Shown: piece by piece, positions 28,120 through 40,295 of the stretch
Numbering within the stretch: position 1 is the first letter of the stretch
Layout of the letters: every line of letters begins with the position of its first letter
Origin: Candidatus Saccharimonadota bacterium
GTDB lineage: Bacteria; Patescibacteriota; Saccharimonadia; Saccharimonadales; DTSZ01
DNA: 64,000 nt
Assembly: GCA_012965045.1 (NCBI GenBank)
Contig: DTSZ01000001.1
Span: 156,937 to 220,936, forward strand
Direction: 5' to 3'
Notes under the pieces: generated by a model
What the model saw: only the letters and a program-made list of their open reading frames with translations
What the model was told of the DNA's origin: nothing
Databases searched by the model: none
Translations under genes and position numbers: made by a program

Positions 28120-28344
28120 CTAGAGGATGAATTTTCCAAAAATTTGGGCGCAGAATCCTACGAGTATTAAACAAATTCCTAAAACACCGACCCGCATTTC
28201 TTGGCTCATGGCGCTAAATACTTCTTCGTCAACTTTGTGTTCGTGTCTAAAGCGGTGGTGGACCGATAGTGCTGCGTAGGCAATGCTTACAGTTCCCGAA
28301 AGTTCAGCGAGCATTCCTAAAAAATCAATTAGTTCAGCATTCAT
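28120..28344 (-). CDS. Small membrane protein (74 aa)
   Basis: Two hydrophobic helices. No motif recognised. Confidence 0.35.
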   Translation of the reverse strand: MNAELIDFLGMLAELSGTVSIAYAALSVHHRFRHEHKVDEEVFSAMSQEMRVGVLGICLILVGFCAQIFGKFIL

Positions 28345-28370
28345 AAACTAATAGTAAGAGCTTATGCTAT

Positions 28371-28616
28371 TTAAAGCAATTTTGCTTCGCGCAAGAGGCT
28401 GTCGATTGCTGGTCGGTTAAAGCCAACCACAATTTTTCCGTCGATATCTATAACTGGAACTCCCATTTGATTCGATTTTTCAATCATTTCTTTCTGCAAG
28501 TCGGCATCACGACTAACGTCTTTTTCCTCGTATTCGATGTCGTTTGATTGAAAGTACGATTTTGCCATGTGGCAAAATCCACAGGTTGGTGTTGAGTAGA
28601 TAGTTACATCTGCCAT
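28371..28616 (-). CDS. Glutaredoxin-like protein (NrdH/YruB type)
   Basis: TPTCGFCH active site (CxxC) on an 81-aa thioredoxin fold pattern. Confidence 0.8.
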   Translation of the reverse strand: MADVTIYSTPTCGFCHMAKSYFQSNDIEYEEKDVSRDADLQKEMIEKSNQMGVPVIDIDGKIVVGFNRPAIDSLLREAKLL

Positions 28617-28701
28617 AATTTTCTCCTTGATTTAGTAATTATACTGAAATATTCATTGAATATGTTTAAGTAAACACTTAAATATTAAATCGTTTAACCG
28701 T

Positions 28702-30054
28702 CTAGGTCAAGCTTTCTTGTGGGTTATATTCAATCAGTCCTTCCCCGTCTTTAGACCATGCGGTTAGGAGTGGCTGAATGGTTTGCCAATTCACTAAAGA
28801 TTCTTCGGTAGAGGTAAACACCGAACGGTCCGAATTTAGTGCAGCCAACACAATAGTCTGGTAGCCAGTTAGTCCTTGCTGGTTGCTTGGGAACTCAAAG
28901 CGTAACTCCTCAAAGCGAGTCTGTTCGTTGCCGGGTTCTTTTAGGTTTACGCCTAACTTAACAGAATGCTCAGGGTAAAATTCAAAGGTAAGTGTGTTTG
29001 GCGTTGGAATTTTACTAAAGTCACTCGCAAAGTAAATTTTAGCGGTTGTTTGCTTTTTTTCTTGTCGTTTTCCACTCGATAAAATAAAACTAGTGGTTCG
29101 CCACTGGTCAGTGTCAATGTTTGTAACGGTAGTAGCATAGGTTTCGGTGAACGACTTTGGATTCCCTACCTCCTCTTTGTAGCCGTTATACTGTCCGCGA
29201 ACCGATGTGTCGGGGTCGAATGGCTTTATGTTTTGCAGCAGTTCAAGCCGGGCTGCTTGAATAGATTCATCGGTTAGATCATAGGGTTGATCAAGTGTTA
29301 GTAGCGCCAACACTTCTAGCAAGTGGCTCTGAAACATGTCTCGCAGCGCCCCGACATTGTCGTAGAACTCTCCCCTGTTTTCTATGCCAAGTTCTTCTTT
29401 GGCCGTAATTTCTACTCGTCGAATATGCTTACAGTTCCATACATCGGCAAAGACTGGGTTATTGCGAATAAAATACAAAATATTCTCTACGGGTTCTTTA
29501 GCAAGGTAGTGGTCAACTAAATAAATATCCTCCTCGCTAAAATACCTATGCAGTGAGGATTGAATTTTTTTGGCGCTCGCTAGGTCCGAGCCGAATGGTT
29601 TTTCAATAAGAATTTTGTTAGAAATTTCTTTTTTACAGTCGGTGTCAATAACACCGTTTCCTATGCTCTTAACAATCGGCTCAAACAGATCGGGCGGCAA
29701 CGCCAGGTAGTGGACTCGATCAAAGCACAGGCCGTGCTGGTGTTCGTTGTCTTGCAGAGCATGCTTTAGTTTGCTGAAGTCCTTCTTTTGGACATTAATA
29801 TCAACAACTTGTATACGGTCGCACAAATTATTCAGAGTTATGTGATCAATTGTTGGTATATTTTGGGACAATAGATCCTTAATTTGTTCGCGCGTATAAG
29901 AATTTCGTGACGTTCCTACAATGTGAAATTGCTCAGGCAACATTCCAGATTTTTCCAATCCGTACAACCCGGGCAAGATTTTAGTTCGCGACAAGTGACC
30001 GCTTATTCCGTAAATAATAAACTGAGTTGGTTTTACGGCCTGCTTGTAGTCCAC
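28702..30054 (-). CDS. zwf: Glucose-6-phosphate 1-dehydrogenase
   Basis: IYGISGHLSR (GxxGDLA-like) start, EKPFG, and a VDHYLAKE (RIDHYLGKE-type) motif. Confidence 0.85.
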   Translation of the reverse strand: MDYKQAVKPTQFIIYGISGHLSRTKILPGLYGLEKSGMLPEQFHIVGTSRNSYTREQIKDLLSQNIPTIDHITLNNLCDRIQVVDINVQKKDFSKLKHALQDNEHQHGLCFDRVHYLALPPDLFEPIVKSIGNGVIDTDCKKEISNKILIEKPFGSDLASAKKIQSSLHRYFSEEDIYLVDHYLAKEPVENILYFIRNNPVFADVWNCKHIRRVEITAKEELGIENRGEFYDNVGALRDMFQSHLLEVLALLTLDQPYDLTDESIQAARLELLQNIKPFDPDTSVRGQYNGYKEEVGNPKSFTETYATTVTNIDTDQWRTTSFILSSGKRQEKKQTTAKIYFASDFSKIPTPNTLTFEFYPEHSVKLGVNLKEPGNEQTRFEELRFEFPSNQQGLTGYQTIVLAALNSDRSVFTSTEESLVNWQTIQPLLTAWSKDGEGLIEYNPQESLT

Positions 30055-30087
30055 CTATCCCACCTTTAGTTACTAAAATAGTAACGC

Positions 30088-31023
30088 TTATACGTTGCGA
30101 GTGCTATCTTTTTTGCTCTCAGCGCTAATCTTATTAAGTGAATGACCGCCGAAAGCATTGCGTGTAGCTGCCAGATATTTTGTCCCAAAACTCACATCAC
30201 CCGTCTGGCTGGCCGCACGTTTTTTAATCGCGTAGTCTACGACGCCAAGGTCTTTACCGACAGCGTTTGCAAATTCTACAGCCCACTGTGCCTCACCGAG
30301 CATATTTACTTTTCCGTCAATTCCCTCAAGCTCTGGGTTATCTGCAAATATTTGTATGGCTAAATTGTTTATAAACGACTGAATTATTGAGCCGTTTTGC
30401 CACACTTTTGCAACATTCGAAAGGTCAACGTTTTTGAAGGGACCGTCATGTATTAGTTCAAAGCCTTCGGCAAAAGCCTCCATTACCCCATACTCAATCG
30501 CGTTGTGGACCATTTTTACAAAATGCCCTGCACCCGCTTCACCAAAGTAGTTGTAGCCATCCGGTTGGCATAGTTCCCTAATAAACGGTTCAACGGCGTC
30601 GAAGGCCGAGCGATCGCCACCTGCCATCATGGCGTAGCCTTGTTGTTCGCCAACTTGACCGCCGCTAACGCCAATGTCTAAAAATCTAATACTATTATTC
30701 ACTGCTTGTATACCGTGGTCCACGGATTGTTCAAATGGTGTGTTTCCGCCGTCAATTACTATTGATGATTCTGGCAGTAGTTCGAGTAATTCATTAATTT
30801 CGGTGCTTACTAAATGTGCTGGAATCATCACCCACACTACCGGTTTTTCTCCAAGAGCGCCTAGTAGGTCGGTTCTGCTGCCGTGAGTAATTACACCGCT
30901 GGTAGCAACCGACTGGCGGGACTCTTCGCTAGGGGCGAAGCCGTGCACCTCTATGCCAGAGCGAGCCAGCCTTCGGCTCATACCACCACCCATTTTGCCT
31001 AAACCAATAAAGCCAATTTGCAT
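30088..31023 (-). CDS. gnd: 6-phosphogluconate dehydrogenase, short (YqeC/Gnd-like) form
   Basis: The MQIGFIGLGKMGGGM Rossmann start at 31023 (ATG). The track ORF extends to 31074 but would then overlap pgl. Confidence 0.8.
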   Translation of the reverse strand: MQIGFIGLGKMGGGMSRRLARSGIEVHGFAPSEESRQSVATSGVITHGSRTDLLGALGEKPVVWVMIPAHLVSTEINELLELLPESSIVIDGGNTPFEQSVDHGIQAVNNSIRFLDIGVSGGQVGEQQGYAMMAGGDRSAFDAVEPFIRELCQPDGYNYFGEAGAGHFVKMVHNAIEYGVMEAFAEGFELIHDGPFKNVDLSNVAKVWQNGSIIQSFINNLAIQIFADNPELEGIDGKVNMLGEAQWAVEFANAVGKDLGVVDYAIKKRAASQTGDVSFGTKYLAATRNAFGGHSLNKISAESKKDSTRNV

Positions 31024-31027
31024 ACTC

Positions 31028-31678
31028 TTAGGCCCCTTCAGACAAATATGTCGTTGTTTGATGTAGGTGGGCAACTTCTTTAAGTGGAGTAGTTGTTTCG
31101 GCGTGGGTTAGGACTTCGAATTTTTCTATTTTTTTATCACCACTGGCAAACAGCACAATTTTGGTGGATTTATTAATAAAGTCTTCTTTAAGAGTAATAC
31201 GCTTAAAGTCATCGGCGACAAATGCGCGAATGTTTTTAGAGTCATACACGACGTCGTGCACTTCTGTTTCTGGAACGTTACCGGCCACATGTCCGTTCGC
31301 ACCAAAACCTAGCTGGACAAACCATGTTCGATTAGCTGCAGCATCGGTAATATATTTATCGAATTCGTTAGCGGCTGCTTCGAGGTCACCTGCGGTGGAG
31401 TTAATATTGTAGACTTCTCCGTAAGTACCAAAATCAAAGCCGCTTTTTTTAAGCTGCTCAAAACTACTACCTTCGCCAAATCGTTCGTCTACCAAAGCAA
31501 CTGTTAGTTTTTTCTTTTGTTGGTCAGACAGCTGTTTTGAGACCTGAATCTGTATTGGGATGTTGCTACCGCCACTCAACAGCCACATTGGATTTTCATT
31601 ATCTTCAATAAACATGCGCAGCTCGTTGGCAATTGCCTTCACAGCGTCGGTATTGTTGGTAAACCGGCGAATATTCAT
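31028..31678 (-). CDS. pgl: 6-phosphogluconolactonase (NagB/Pgl family)
   Basis: LSGGSN and GFGANGH motifs, sitting next to gnd and zwf. Confidence 0.7.
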   Translation of the reverse strand: MNIRRFTNNTDAVKAIANELRMFIEDNENPMWLLSGGSNIPIQIQVSKQLSDQQKKKLTVALVDERFGEGSSFEQLKKSGFDFGTYGEVYNINSTAGDLEAAANEFDKYITDAAANRTWFVQLGFGANGHVAGNVPETEVHDVVYDSKNIRAFVADDFKRITLKEDFINKSTKIVLFASGDKKIEKFEVLTHAETTTPLKEVAHLHQTTTYLSEGA

Positions 31679-31681
31679 GTA

Positions 31682-31957
31682 CTACCCTTCTTTTTTAATC
31701 AGCGATAAAACCTTTTTGGTCTGTGGATTATTACTATCTATTTTATAACAAATCTTTTGGCCATCACGGATTCGCTCAATAATATTGGCTTTTTCTAAGA
31801 TTTTTAGTTGTTGGGACACCCCTGCAACGCTAATGTCTATTTCATCGGCTAATTCCGACACGCAAATGTCTTTTTTGCTCATTAAAAGCTTAACAAGTTT
31901 ATAACGCGTATTGTCGCCTAATGCCTTAAATGTGTCAGTGAAGTTTTGTGTATTCAT
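31682..31957 (-). CDS. ArsR-family winged-helix transcriptional regulator
   Basis: FKALGDNTRYKLVKLL...VSELADEIDISVAGVSQQLKILEKANII matches the HTH_5 pattern. Confidence 0.85.
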   Translation of the reverse strand: MNTQNFTDTFKALGDNTRYKLVKLLMSKKDICVSELADEIDISVAGVSQQLKILEKANIIERIRDGQKICYKIDSNNPQTKKVLSLIKKEG

Positions 31958-32031
31958 AGTTAATTATATTCTAGCATTATATTTTTATGCGCCACATTTA
32001 CTATAGCTATAGAAAGTTGTATTGTATGTAA

Positions 32032-33180
32032 ATGAGTAATCTGGAAACCTATGGGAACTATGTTCGAAGCCACGACGATGGCTTAAGAGAAATATCTGAA
32101 ACATATCAGGATAGACTTGCTGGTTTTGTTAATCATTATGAAGAAACAGCTCAGAATGTGCCGCTGCGCGCCCTATACGCGCTAACAGTAGATGTAGAGT
32201 TTGTGCTTGAAGAAGGTATGTCGTCTGTTCAGCAGGCTGTTAAGGAGTTTCTTAGCAAATCTACAGCAGAATTTGAGTCGCAGGTCGCAACTGGTGCTGA
32301 CCTTGAAGCTTATAGAGAGCGAAGGTTCTCCCCGAGCACACTCGTATTAACCCGACCCTCGTCGGACGAAGCTCATAGAGCGATCTCATCGGCATTAGAT
32401 GGTTATTATTTTGAAGAATTGAGGAACGCCCCATTGCTGAGTAGAAGTCTGCTAGTCATGCGAAGACCTTCCAGCGAAATCGCTGATCGCGCAATCCGTT
32501 CAGGTGTTGATATAAACGGGCTAAGACATAGGCTTGATGAAGTTAGAGGACCATCGACTATGATAAGCTCCTCGCCAACAGGACTGTCTAGTGAAGAGGC
32601 CGTAGCTAGCGTGCAAGCAGCGACCGATAATATTGCGCTTGGCTATAGATATCAACAAGCAAGAGAGTCAAGACACTATAGCGGCACACTAATGCAACCA
32701 TTATTAAGATTCACACGGGCTTCGAGTGCAATAATAGATCAACTGATGACGGGCTTCGTCGATGCCGGACTACCCCTTGACTCAAACCAAAGCTTTGACT
32801 GGAGCCATTTAGATCAAGGTAATGAAAAAAAATCGGAAAACCACGATAGTGACCGGCAAGAGTCTGCTAGTGAACAAACAGCCCAGTCTGCAATTAGCGA
32901 CAAGGAGATGGTTGAAACCGTGGTGGCGCGAGTAGAAGACAGTTCATGTAGGCGAACGCTCGAATCCGAAGATCCTGAGAGAATTCTTAGAGTTATCAGA
33001 ACGGTGCAGAAAATCCGGCGTATAAGTAAAGACAATGGCGAGGAAATTTCAGACAGGGATATTTATTTAAGGTATATGCGTAAAATAAATGTGACAGAGC
33101 CCTCTCCAGAACTGACCCGTTCGTCGCAAATACTTCTAAATCTACTATCGGACAATGTGGGCGGGAAGCTTCCGTTCTAG
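32032..33180 (+). CDS. Hypothetical protein with four ~40-aa internal repeats (orphan)
   Basis: The repeats are LVLTRPSSDEAHRAISSALDG, LLVMRRPSSEIADRAIRSGVD, (M)ISSSPTGLSSEEAVASVQAATD and LLRFTRASSAIIDQLMTGFVD. Arginine codons are mostly AGA/AGG. It has its own terminator. Confidence 0.55.
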   Translation: MSNLETYGNYVRSHDDGLREISETYQDRLAGFVNHYEETAQNVPLRALYALTVDVEFVLEEGMSSVQQAVKEFLSKSTAEFESQVATGADLEAYRERRFSPSTLVLTRPSSDEAHRAISSALDGYYFEELRNAPLLSRSLLVMRRPSSEIADRAIRSGVDINGLRHRLDEVRGPSTMISSSPTGLSSEEAVASVQAATDNIALGYRYQQARESRHYSGTLMQPLLRFTRASSAIIDQLMTGFVDAGLPLDSNQSFDWSHLDQGNEKKSENHDSDRQESASEQTAQSAISDKEMVETVVARVEDSSCRRTLESEDPERILRVIRTVQKIRRISKDNGEEISDRDIYLRYMRKINVTEPSPELTRSSQILLNLLSDNVGGKLPF

Positions 33181-33260
33181 CTAACGATTGAGCTGGATTA
33201 TGTTGTTTAGAAGAGCTTTGAATGGTATCCTTTTCCTCAAGTGAAGACATCACTATGAGA

Positions 33261-33286
33261 CGACGCAAACTGGCGTCGCTTTTTTA
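33261..33286 (+). terminator. Rho-independent terminator candidate
   Basis: cgacgc-aaactg-gcgtcg followed by cttttttaa. It separates ORF 32032..33180 from the atp operon. Confidence 0.6.
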
Positions 33287-33307
33287 AGGGGAGATTTCTA
33301 GGGCGAA

Positions 33308-34162
33308 ATGATATTGAGCACTTTCTTTGCCGCTGAAGATTCTGCGCACATAAGCTTAAAAGCTGAAGGCGTGTTTACTATTGGTGATTTTACCGTTACC
33401 AACACGATGCTTTACAGCCCGCTTGTCGCGCTGGCGATTGTCGCTCTTGGTATATATGCGTCTAAGCGAATTGGCTTAAAGCCTGCTAGAGGCATTGCTG
33501 GTTTTTTTGAGTTGATTGTTGAATATGTAATCAATATGCTGACAATTGTATTTGGAAACCGAAAAAAGGCCGTTAAATTTGCCCCTGTTTTTGGTGTGTA
33601 TTTTATTTTTATTATGCTCAACAATATGTCGGGGTTGTTGCCGTGGGTTGGCAGCGGCTTGGCCTTTGGCCCGACACCGGCATTTCGACCGTTTACCGCC
33701 GATTTAAACAGCGTATTGGCACTGTCGATCTTTTCAATTTGTATGGTCCAATACCTTTCGATCAAAGAGTCCGGTCTTAAGGGGCATTTACAACACTACT
33801 TTACCGACAAGCCTGCAAACCCAATCAACTTATTTGTCGGCTTTCTTGAGGTATTAGGTGAAGTTACACGGGTCATTAGCCTGAGTTTGCGACTATTTCT
33901 AAACACCGTAATTGGAGAAATTTTAGTTTCGGTATTTATTTTTATCAGCGGCCCAGCTACTCCGTTCACTCTAGTGCCAATTATTTTATTTGAGTTATTG
34001 GTCGCCTATATTCAGGCCTATATTTTTACTGTTCTTTCTGCCACATACCTTGCTCAAGCCATTCACCATGATCACGAGCATGAAACTGCCGACAGCTACG
34101 AGGCTGACAACACATCTAACGTTAATCCCTTGCCTAATCAAGAATTGAGGCACGCGGATTAA
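33308..34162 (+). CDS. atpB: F-type ATP synthase subunit a
   Basis: Polytopic, with the LSLRLFLN (essential Arg) motif. First gene of the atp operon. It carries a His/Asp-rich C-terminal tail. Confidence 0.85.
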   Translation: MILSTFFAAEDSAHISLKAEGVFTIGDFTVTNTMLYSPLVALAIVALGIYASKRIGLKPARGIAGFFELIVEYVINMLTIVFGNRKKAVKFAPVFGVYFIFIMLNNMSGLLPWVGSGLAFGPTPAFRPFTADLNSVLALSIFSICMVQYLSIKESGLKGHLQHYFTDKPANPINLFVGFLEVLGEVTRVISLSLRLFLNTVIGEILVSVFIFISGPATPFTLVPIILFELLVAYIQAYIFTVLSATYLAQAIHHDHEHETADSYEADNTSNVNPLPNQELRHAD

Positions 34163-34232
34163 AGGAATCGTCAAAGGTGTCGCTCGTGACATGTTTGATA
34201 TAAAGTAACCATAAATAAGGATAGGAGAAAAT

Positions 34233-34472
34233 ATGATTCCAGTATTAACAACTCTAGCCGCAGTAGAACTTACTGACACAGGCTTTAAGATGCTTGGCGT
34301 AGCAATTGTTATTGCTGCAGCAGCGATTTCATTAGGAATGGTTGGAAGCAACTACATGAAGGCTTTGGGGCGAAACCCAGAAGCAGGTAAAGCTGCAAGC
34401 TCAATTATTGTTTTGGCTGCATTTGTTGAAGCGACTGCGCTATTTGCACTAATTGCAGGGCTTATAATTTAA
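34233..34472 (+). CDS. atpE: F-type ATP synthase subunit c
   Basis: 79-aa helical hairpin with a GRNPE loop and the carboxylate in FVEATALF. Confidence 0.9.
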   Translation: MIPVLTTLAAVELTDTGFKMLGVAIVIAAAAISLGMVGSNYMKALGRNPEAGKAASSIIVLAAFVEATALFALIAGLII

Positions 34473-34501
34473 TTTTTAAGTCTATTTAAGAAAGGACTAC
34501 A

Positions 34502-35056
34502 GTGAACACATCAGCATTACTACAATTTGCAGCCGAATCTTCTCACGCGGCAGAAGAATCTGCCGGAGGATTAAGTGAATTTGGGCTGAGCCCAATCGCT
34601 ATTTTGCTGCAAGCTGGTGTGTTTGTGGTCCTGTATCTTCTACTTAAGAAATTTGCTTTAAAGAACATTGTTAAGACCCTTGATGATCGCAGACAGACAA
34701 TCAATGAAGGTCTTACCAATGCCCAAAAAGCTACTAAACAGCTTGAAGAATCAGCAATTAAGCAAGCAGAAATGCTTAAAACAGCACGGGCTGAAGCAGA
34801 CGAAATAATTGCTCAGGCTCAAAGGGAATCTGGCGTTTTAGTTAAAGAGGCTGAAGACCGCGCCAGTCAAAAGGCCGAAAAAATTGTTGCTGACGCAAAA
34901 GCTAATTTAGACTCTGAAATTAAGCGGGTTCGTACCGAACTCAAAAAAGAAACACTGGTACTAGTAGCCCAAGCGACCGCAACCATCTTAGAAGAAAAAG
35001 TTGATGTTAAGCGTGACGAAAAGCTTATTAAAAAAGCTTTAGAGGAGGCAGCATAA
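34502..35056 (+). CDS. atpF: F-type ATP synthase subunit b
   Basis: GTG start, one TM helix, then a long charged coiled coil. Confidence 0.8.
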   Translation: MNTSALLQFAAESSHAAEESAGGLSEFGLSPIAILLQAGVFVVLYLLLKKFALKNIVKTLDDRRQTINEGLTNAQKATKQLEESAIKQAEMLKTARAEADEIIAQAQRESGVLVKEAEDRASQKAEKIVADAKANLDSEIKRVRTELKKETLVLVAQATATILEEKVDVKRDEKLIKKALEEAA

Positions 35057-35445
35057 TGAAATATTCTCGTACCCAAATTGCTAACGCAGTCGTAGACATG
35101 ATCGCCGAGCACGGTAAAGAAAAAGCCACACAGGCATTGGCGGAAGTGCTTGTAGCGACAAATTCTAAGATTGACCGCAACTTATTAATGCAAGACATTG
35201 CCCGTGCCGCAGAAGAACGTCACGGTGTAGCCAATATTCACTTAGAAACTGCCCGAGAAGTGTCAAAGACCACCATTGACCATGTTGCGGACTACCTTAA
35301 AACAGAAGTTCAAACACCCGACGCAATCGTAACAACCGAAATTAATCCAACCTTAATTGGCGGTTTACGAGCCCGAAGCGCCGAGCTAGAGGTTGATTGG
35401 TCAATTGCCCGCAAACTTAAAGAATTACAGCAAGGAGAAATGTAG
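35056..35445 (+). CDS. atpH: F-type ATP synthase subunit delta (short form)
   Basis: Supported by its position between atpF and atpA and by a C-terminal INPTLIGGLRAR...D.S OSCP-like pattern. At 129 aa it is shorter than usual. Confidence 0.65.
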   Translation: MKYSRTQIANAVVDMIAEHGKEKATQALAEVLVATNSKIDRNLLMQDIARAAEERHGVANIHLETAREVSKTTIDHVADYLKTEVQTPDAIVTTEINPTLIGGLRARSAELEVDWSIARKLKELQQGEM

Positions 35446-36981
35446 ATGGCGACAAAAACAGATTTTAACGTGAGCGAACTGAGTAAAGAGCTGCAGGCGC
35501 GAATTGCGCAGCTTAAAGACAGCGGCAAAGCCGAAAAAACCGGTATTGTAACGCGAGTTGGTGACGGTGTTGCGTGGATTTATGGTTTGCGTGAGGCTGG
35601 CTTTAACGAACTTATTGAAATCGAAACAATCAGCGGCGAAAAGGTTTCTGCATTCGCCCTAAACCTAATGGAAGACGAAATTGGCGCTGTAATTTTAGGC
35701 GAAGATGTTCAAGTTAGGGCCGGTGCTAAAGCGCACCTAACAGGTAGTGTCGTTGAAGTGCCGGTTGGACCAGAATTAGTTGGCCGCGTGGTTGATCCGC
35801 TTGGTAATCCACTAGACGAAAAAGGCCCAATTAAAGCTAAGCTATCTTCCCCTGTCGAAAAACAGGCACCAGGTGTTATTGACCGTAAATCGGTTCACGA
35901 ACCGCTGATGACCGGTGTGCTTGCTATCGATGCCATGATTCCAATTGGTCGTGGTCAGCGAGAACTTATTATCGGCGACCGTAAGACTGGTAAGACTGCG
36001 ATTGCAATCGACACAATGATTAACCAAGGTAAACAAAAAACCGGAGTAGTTAATATTTACGTTGCTATTGGCCAAAAACGCTCAACCGTAGCGCAATTGG
36101 TAGAACGCCTTAAAAACGAAGGTGTAATGGATCAAACCATTGTTGTTGTAACCAGCGCGTCTGATCCTGCACCGCTGCAATATCTCGCACCGTATGCTGG
36201 TGCAGCTATGGGAGAATACTTCCGTGACAACGGCAAACACGCATTGATTATTTATGACGACCTTTCTAAGCACGCTGTTGCTTACCGGCAAATGTCACTG
36301 TTGCTACGACGTCCTCCGGGCCGTGAAGCCTACCCAGGTGATGTCTTTTACTTACACTCTCGTTTACTAGAGCGCGCAGCAAAAGTTAGCGACGAACTTG
36401 GCGCTGGGTCGCTTACCGCCCTACCAATCATCGAAACTCAGGCTGGTGACGTGTCTGCATATGTTCCGACAAACGTTATTTCTATTACAGACGGCCAGAT
36501 TTACCTAGAAACTTCCCTATTTAACCAAGGTATTCGCCCGGCGGTTAACGTTGGCTTGTCTGTTAGCCGTGTTGGTGGGTCTGCACAAACTAAAGGCATT
36601 AAAAAAGTTGCTGGTTCACTGCGGCTCGATCTTGCACAGTTTCGTGAGCTTGCGGCGTTTAGCCAGTTTAGCTCTGACCTTGATGCTGACACCAAAGCCC
36701 GAATTGACAGAGGACAGCGCCTAACGGAACTCCTAAAACAGCCACAGTACTCCCCTATGTCACTCGCAGACCAAGTAGCAACGTTAGTTGTTGGTACTGC
36801 TGGTGTGTACGACACAGTTGCAGTAGAAAACGTTCAAGAAACCAATAAAAAATTCCTAAGTCGCTTGCATTCAGAGCACAAAGACATTGTTAAATTCCTT
36901 GCTGCTGGTAAAAAAGTCGAAGAAGAGCAAACAGAAGAACTGGTTAAGCTTGCGAAAGAAACTGTTGAGGAGCTTAATTAA
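35446..36981 (+). CDS. atpA: F-type ATP synthase subunit alpha
   Basis: GDRKTGKT P-loop and overall conserved alpha-subunit sequence. Confidence 0.95.
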   Translation: MATKTDFNVSELSKELQARIAQLKDSGKAEKTGIVTRVGDGVAWIYGLREAGFNELIEIETISGEKVSAFALNLMEDEIGAVILGEDVQVRAGAKAHLTGSVVEVPVGPELVGRVVDPLGNPLDEKGPIKAKLSSPVEKQAPGVIDRKSVHEPLMTGVLAIDAMIPIGRGQRELIIGDRKTGKTAIAIDTMINQGKQKTGVVNIYVAIGQKRSTVAQLVERLKNEGVMDQTIVVVTSASDPAPLQYLAPYAGAAMGEYFRDNGKHALIIYDDLSKHAVAYRQMSLLLRRPPGREAYPGDVFYLHSRLLERAAKVSDELGAGSLTALPIIETQAGDVSAYVPTNVISITDGQIYLETSLFNQGIRPAVNVGLSVSRVGGSAQTKGIKKVAGSLRLDLAQFRELAAFSQFSSDLDADTKARIDRGQRLTELLKQPQYSPMSLADQVATLVVGTAGVYDTVAVENVQETNKKFLSRLHSEHKDIVKFLAAGKKVEEEQTEELVKLAKETVEELN

Positions 36982-36984
36982 ACT

Positions 36985-37311
36985 ATGGTTAACCCTGTTG
37001 CTGTTGCCCGTGTAGAAATCTTAGACGAACATTTTCCCCACTGCGTAGAACCCTACGAACCAGTAGTTTATGCTGCACGATATTTAGCTGTTCTTGCAGG
37101 GAAAGTCATTATTGAAACGGGTAAGAATCCGATACCAGCGAACATGCAAGATATCAAAGCGAGCATGCAAGATATCAAAGGTATATTTGGTGATGATACA
37201 GAGGCTTGGGATGAATTAATTGGACCTTGTTTACGTGATGAAGAATTGTGTGTTCGTGCGGCAAATGTGGCTGAAATTTTAGCGGAGTCCGAGAGGTCTA
37301 TTCATGGCTAA
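36985..37311 (+). CDS. Unknown 108-aa ORF inserted between atpA and atpG (X1)
   Basis: The ATG lies 3 nt after the atpA stop. Its stop overlaps the atpG start by 8 nt. No recognised motif. It contains a 21-nt tandem duplication. Confidence 0.5.
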   Translation: MVNPVAVARVEILDEHFPHCVEPYEPVVYAARYLAVLAGKVIIETGKNPIPANMQDIKASMQDIKGIFGDDTEAWDELIGPCLRDEELCVRAANVAEILAESERSIHG

Positions 37312-38262
37312 CACTCAAGCGATTAAACGTCGAATTACCAGTGTTAAGTCTACCAAACAAATCACTAAAGCTATGGAGTTAGTTGCAGCTAGTAAATTGC
37401 GCCGTGCCCAAGAAGCGTCTAATAAATCACGTGCATATAAAAACTCTGCCCGTGAGATTTTAGCTCGGTTGAGTGAGCTGACTGATGCAAAACAGTTCGA
37501 ACTGTATGAGGAACGCCCTGTCCGTGCACGTCTGTACATAATTTTCACCAGTGACCGTGGGCTTGCCGGTGCCTACAATGCCAACATTTTAAAGATGTTT
37601 TTTAAAGAACTAAAAGCCAACCAAGAAAACGGCGTGGCTACTAAAGCAATTGTTATTGGTAAAAAAGGAACGCAAGTTATTGCGCGGCTTAAAGACGAGG
37701 TAGAGCTAGTTGGTGTTTATCAAGACTGGCCAACATACCCCGCGACGGCTGACTTAAAGCCAATATTTGGCAAGTGTGTTGAATTATTTACCTCTAAAGC
37801 GTCGCAGAATAAAGAGAAAAGAGAAAAGAGTGAGGAGGATAACAGTCTGGGCTCTGAACTCTCTACTCCATCCTCTTCGCGGGTAGACGAAGTGAGGGTG
37901 ATATTTACAGATTACATTAGCAGCATTAATCAAGAAGCCAAATCACTGCAGCTGTTACCGGCGAACTTAACCGACGAAATCGAAGGAGTGCTAGTTGGCC
38001 GCGATATTAATGATTCTGAATTTGAACCAAGCCCACAGAAAGTACTAGAAACCATAGTTCCTCGTTTGACAGAAATCCAGTTGTACCAGTTTGCGCTAGA
38101 AGCCAGCGCGTCCGAGCAGTCTATGCGGATGTTGGCGATGAAGAACGCTAGCGACAACGCGGGAGATTTAATAGATGACTTGCAATTAGAATTTAACAGC
38201 GCCCGCCAGGCAGCAATTACGCAAGAAATTGCTGAAATAACTGGCGGCGTGGCGGCGGTATC

Positions 38263-38266
<4 letters not shown>
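37304..38266 (+). CDS. atpG: F-type ATP synthase subunit gamma (with a ~28-aa low-complexity insertion)
   Basis: IKRRITSVKSTKQITKAMELVAASKLRRAQ N-terminus and ITQEIAEI..G C-terminus. The extra segment is KASQNKEKREKSEEDNSLGSELSTPSSSR. Confidence 0.9.
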
Positions 38267-40294
<2,028 letters not shown>

Positions 40295-40295
40295 C

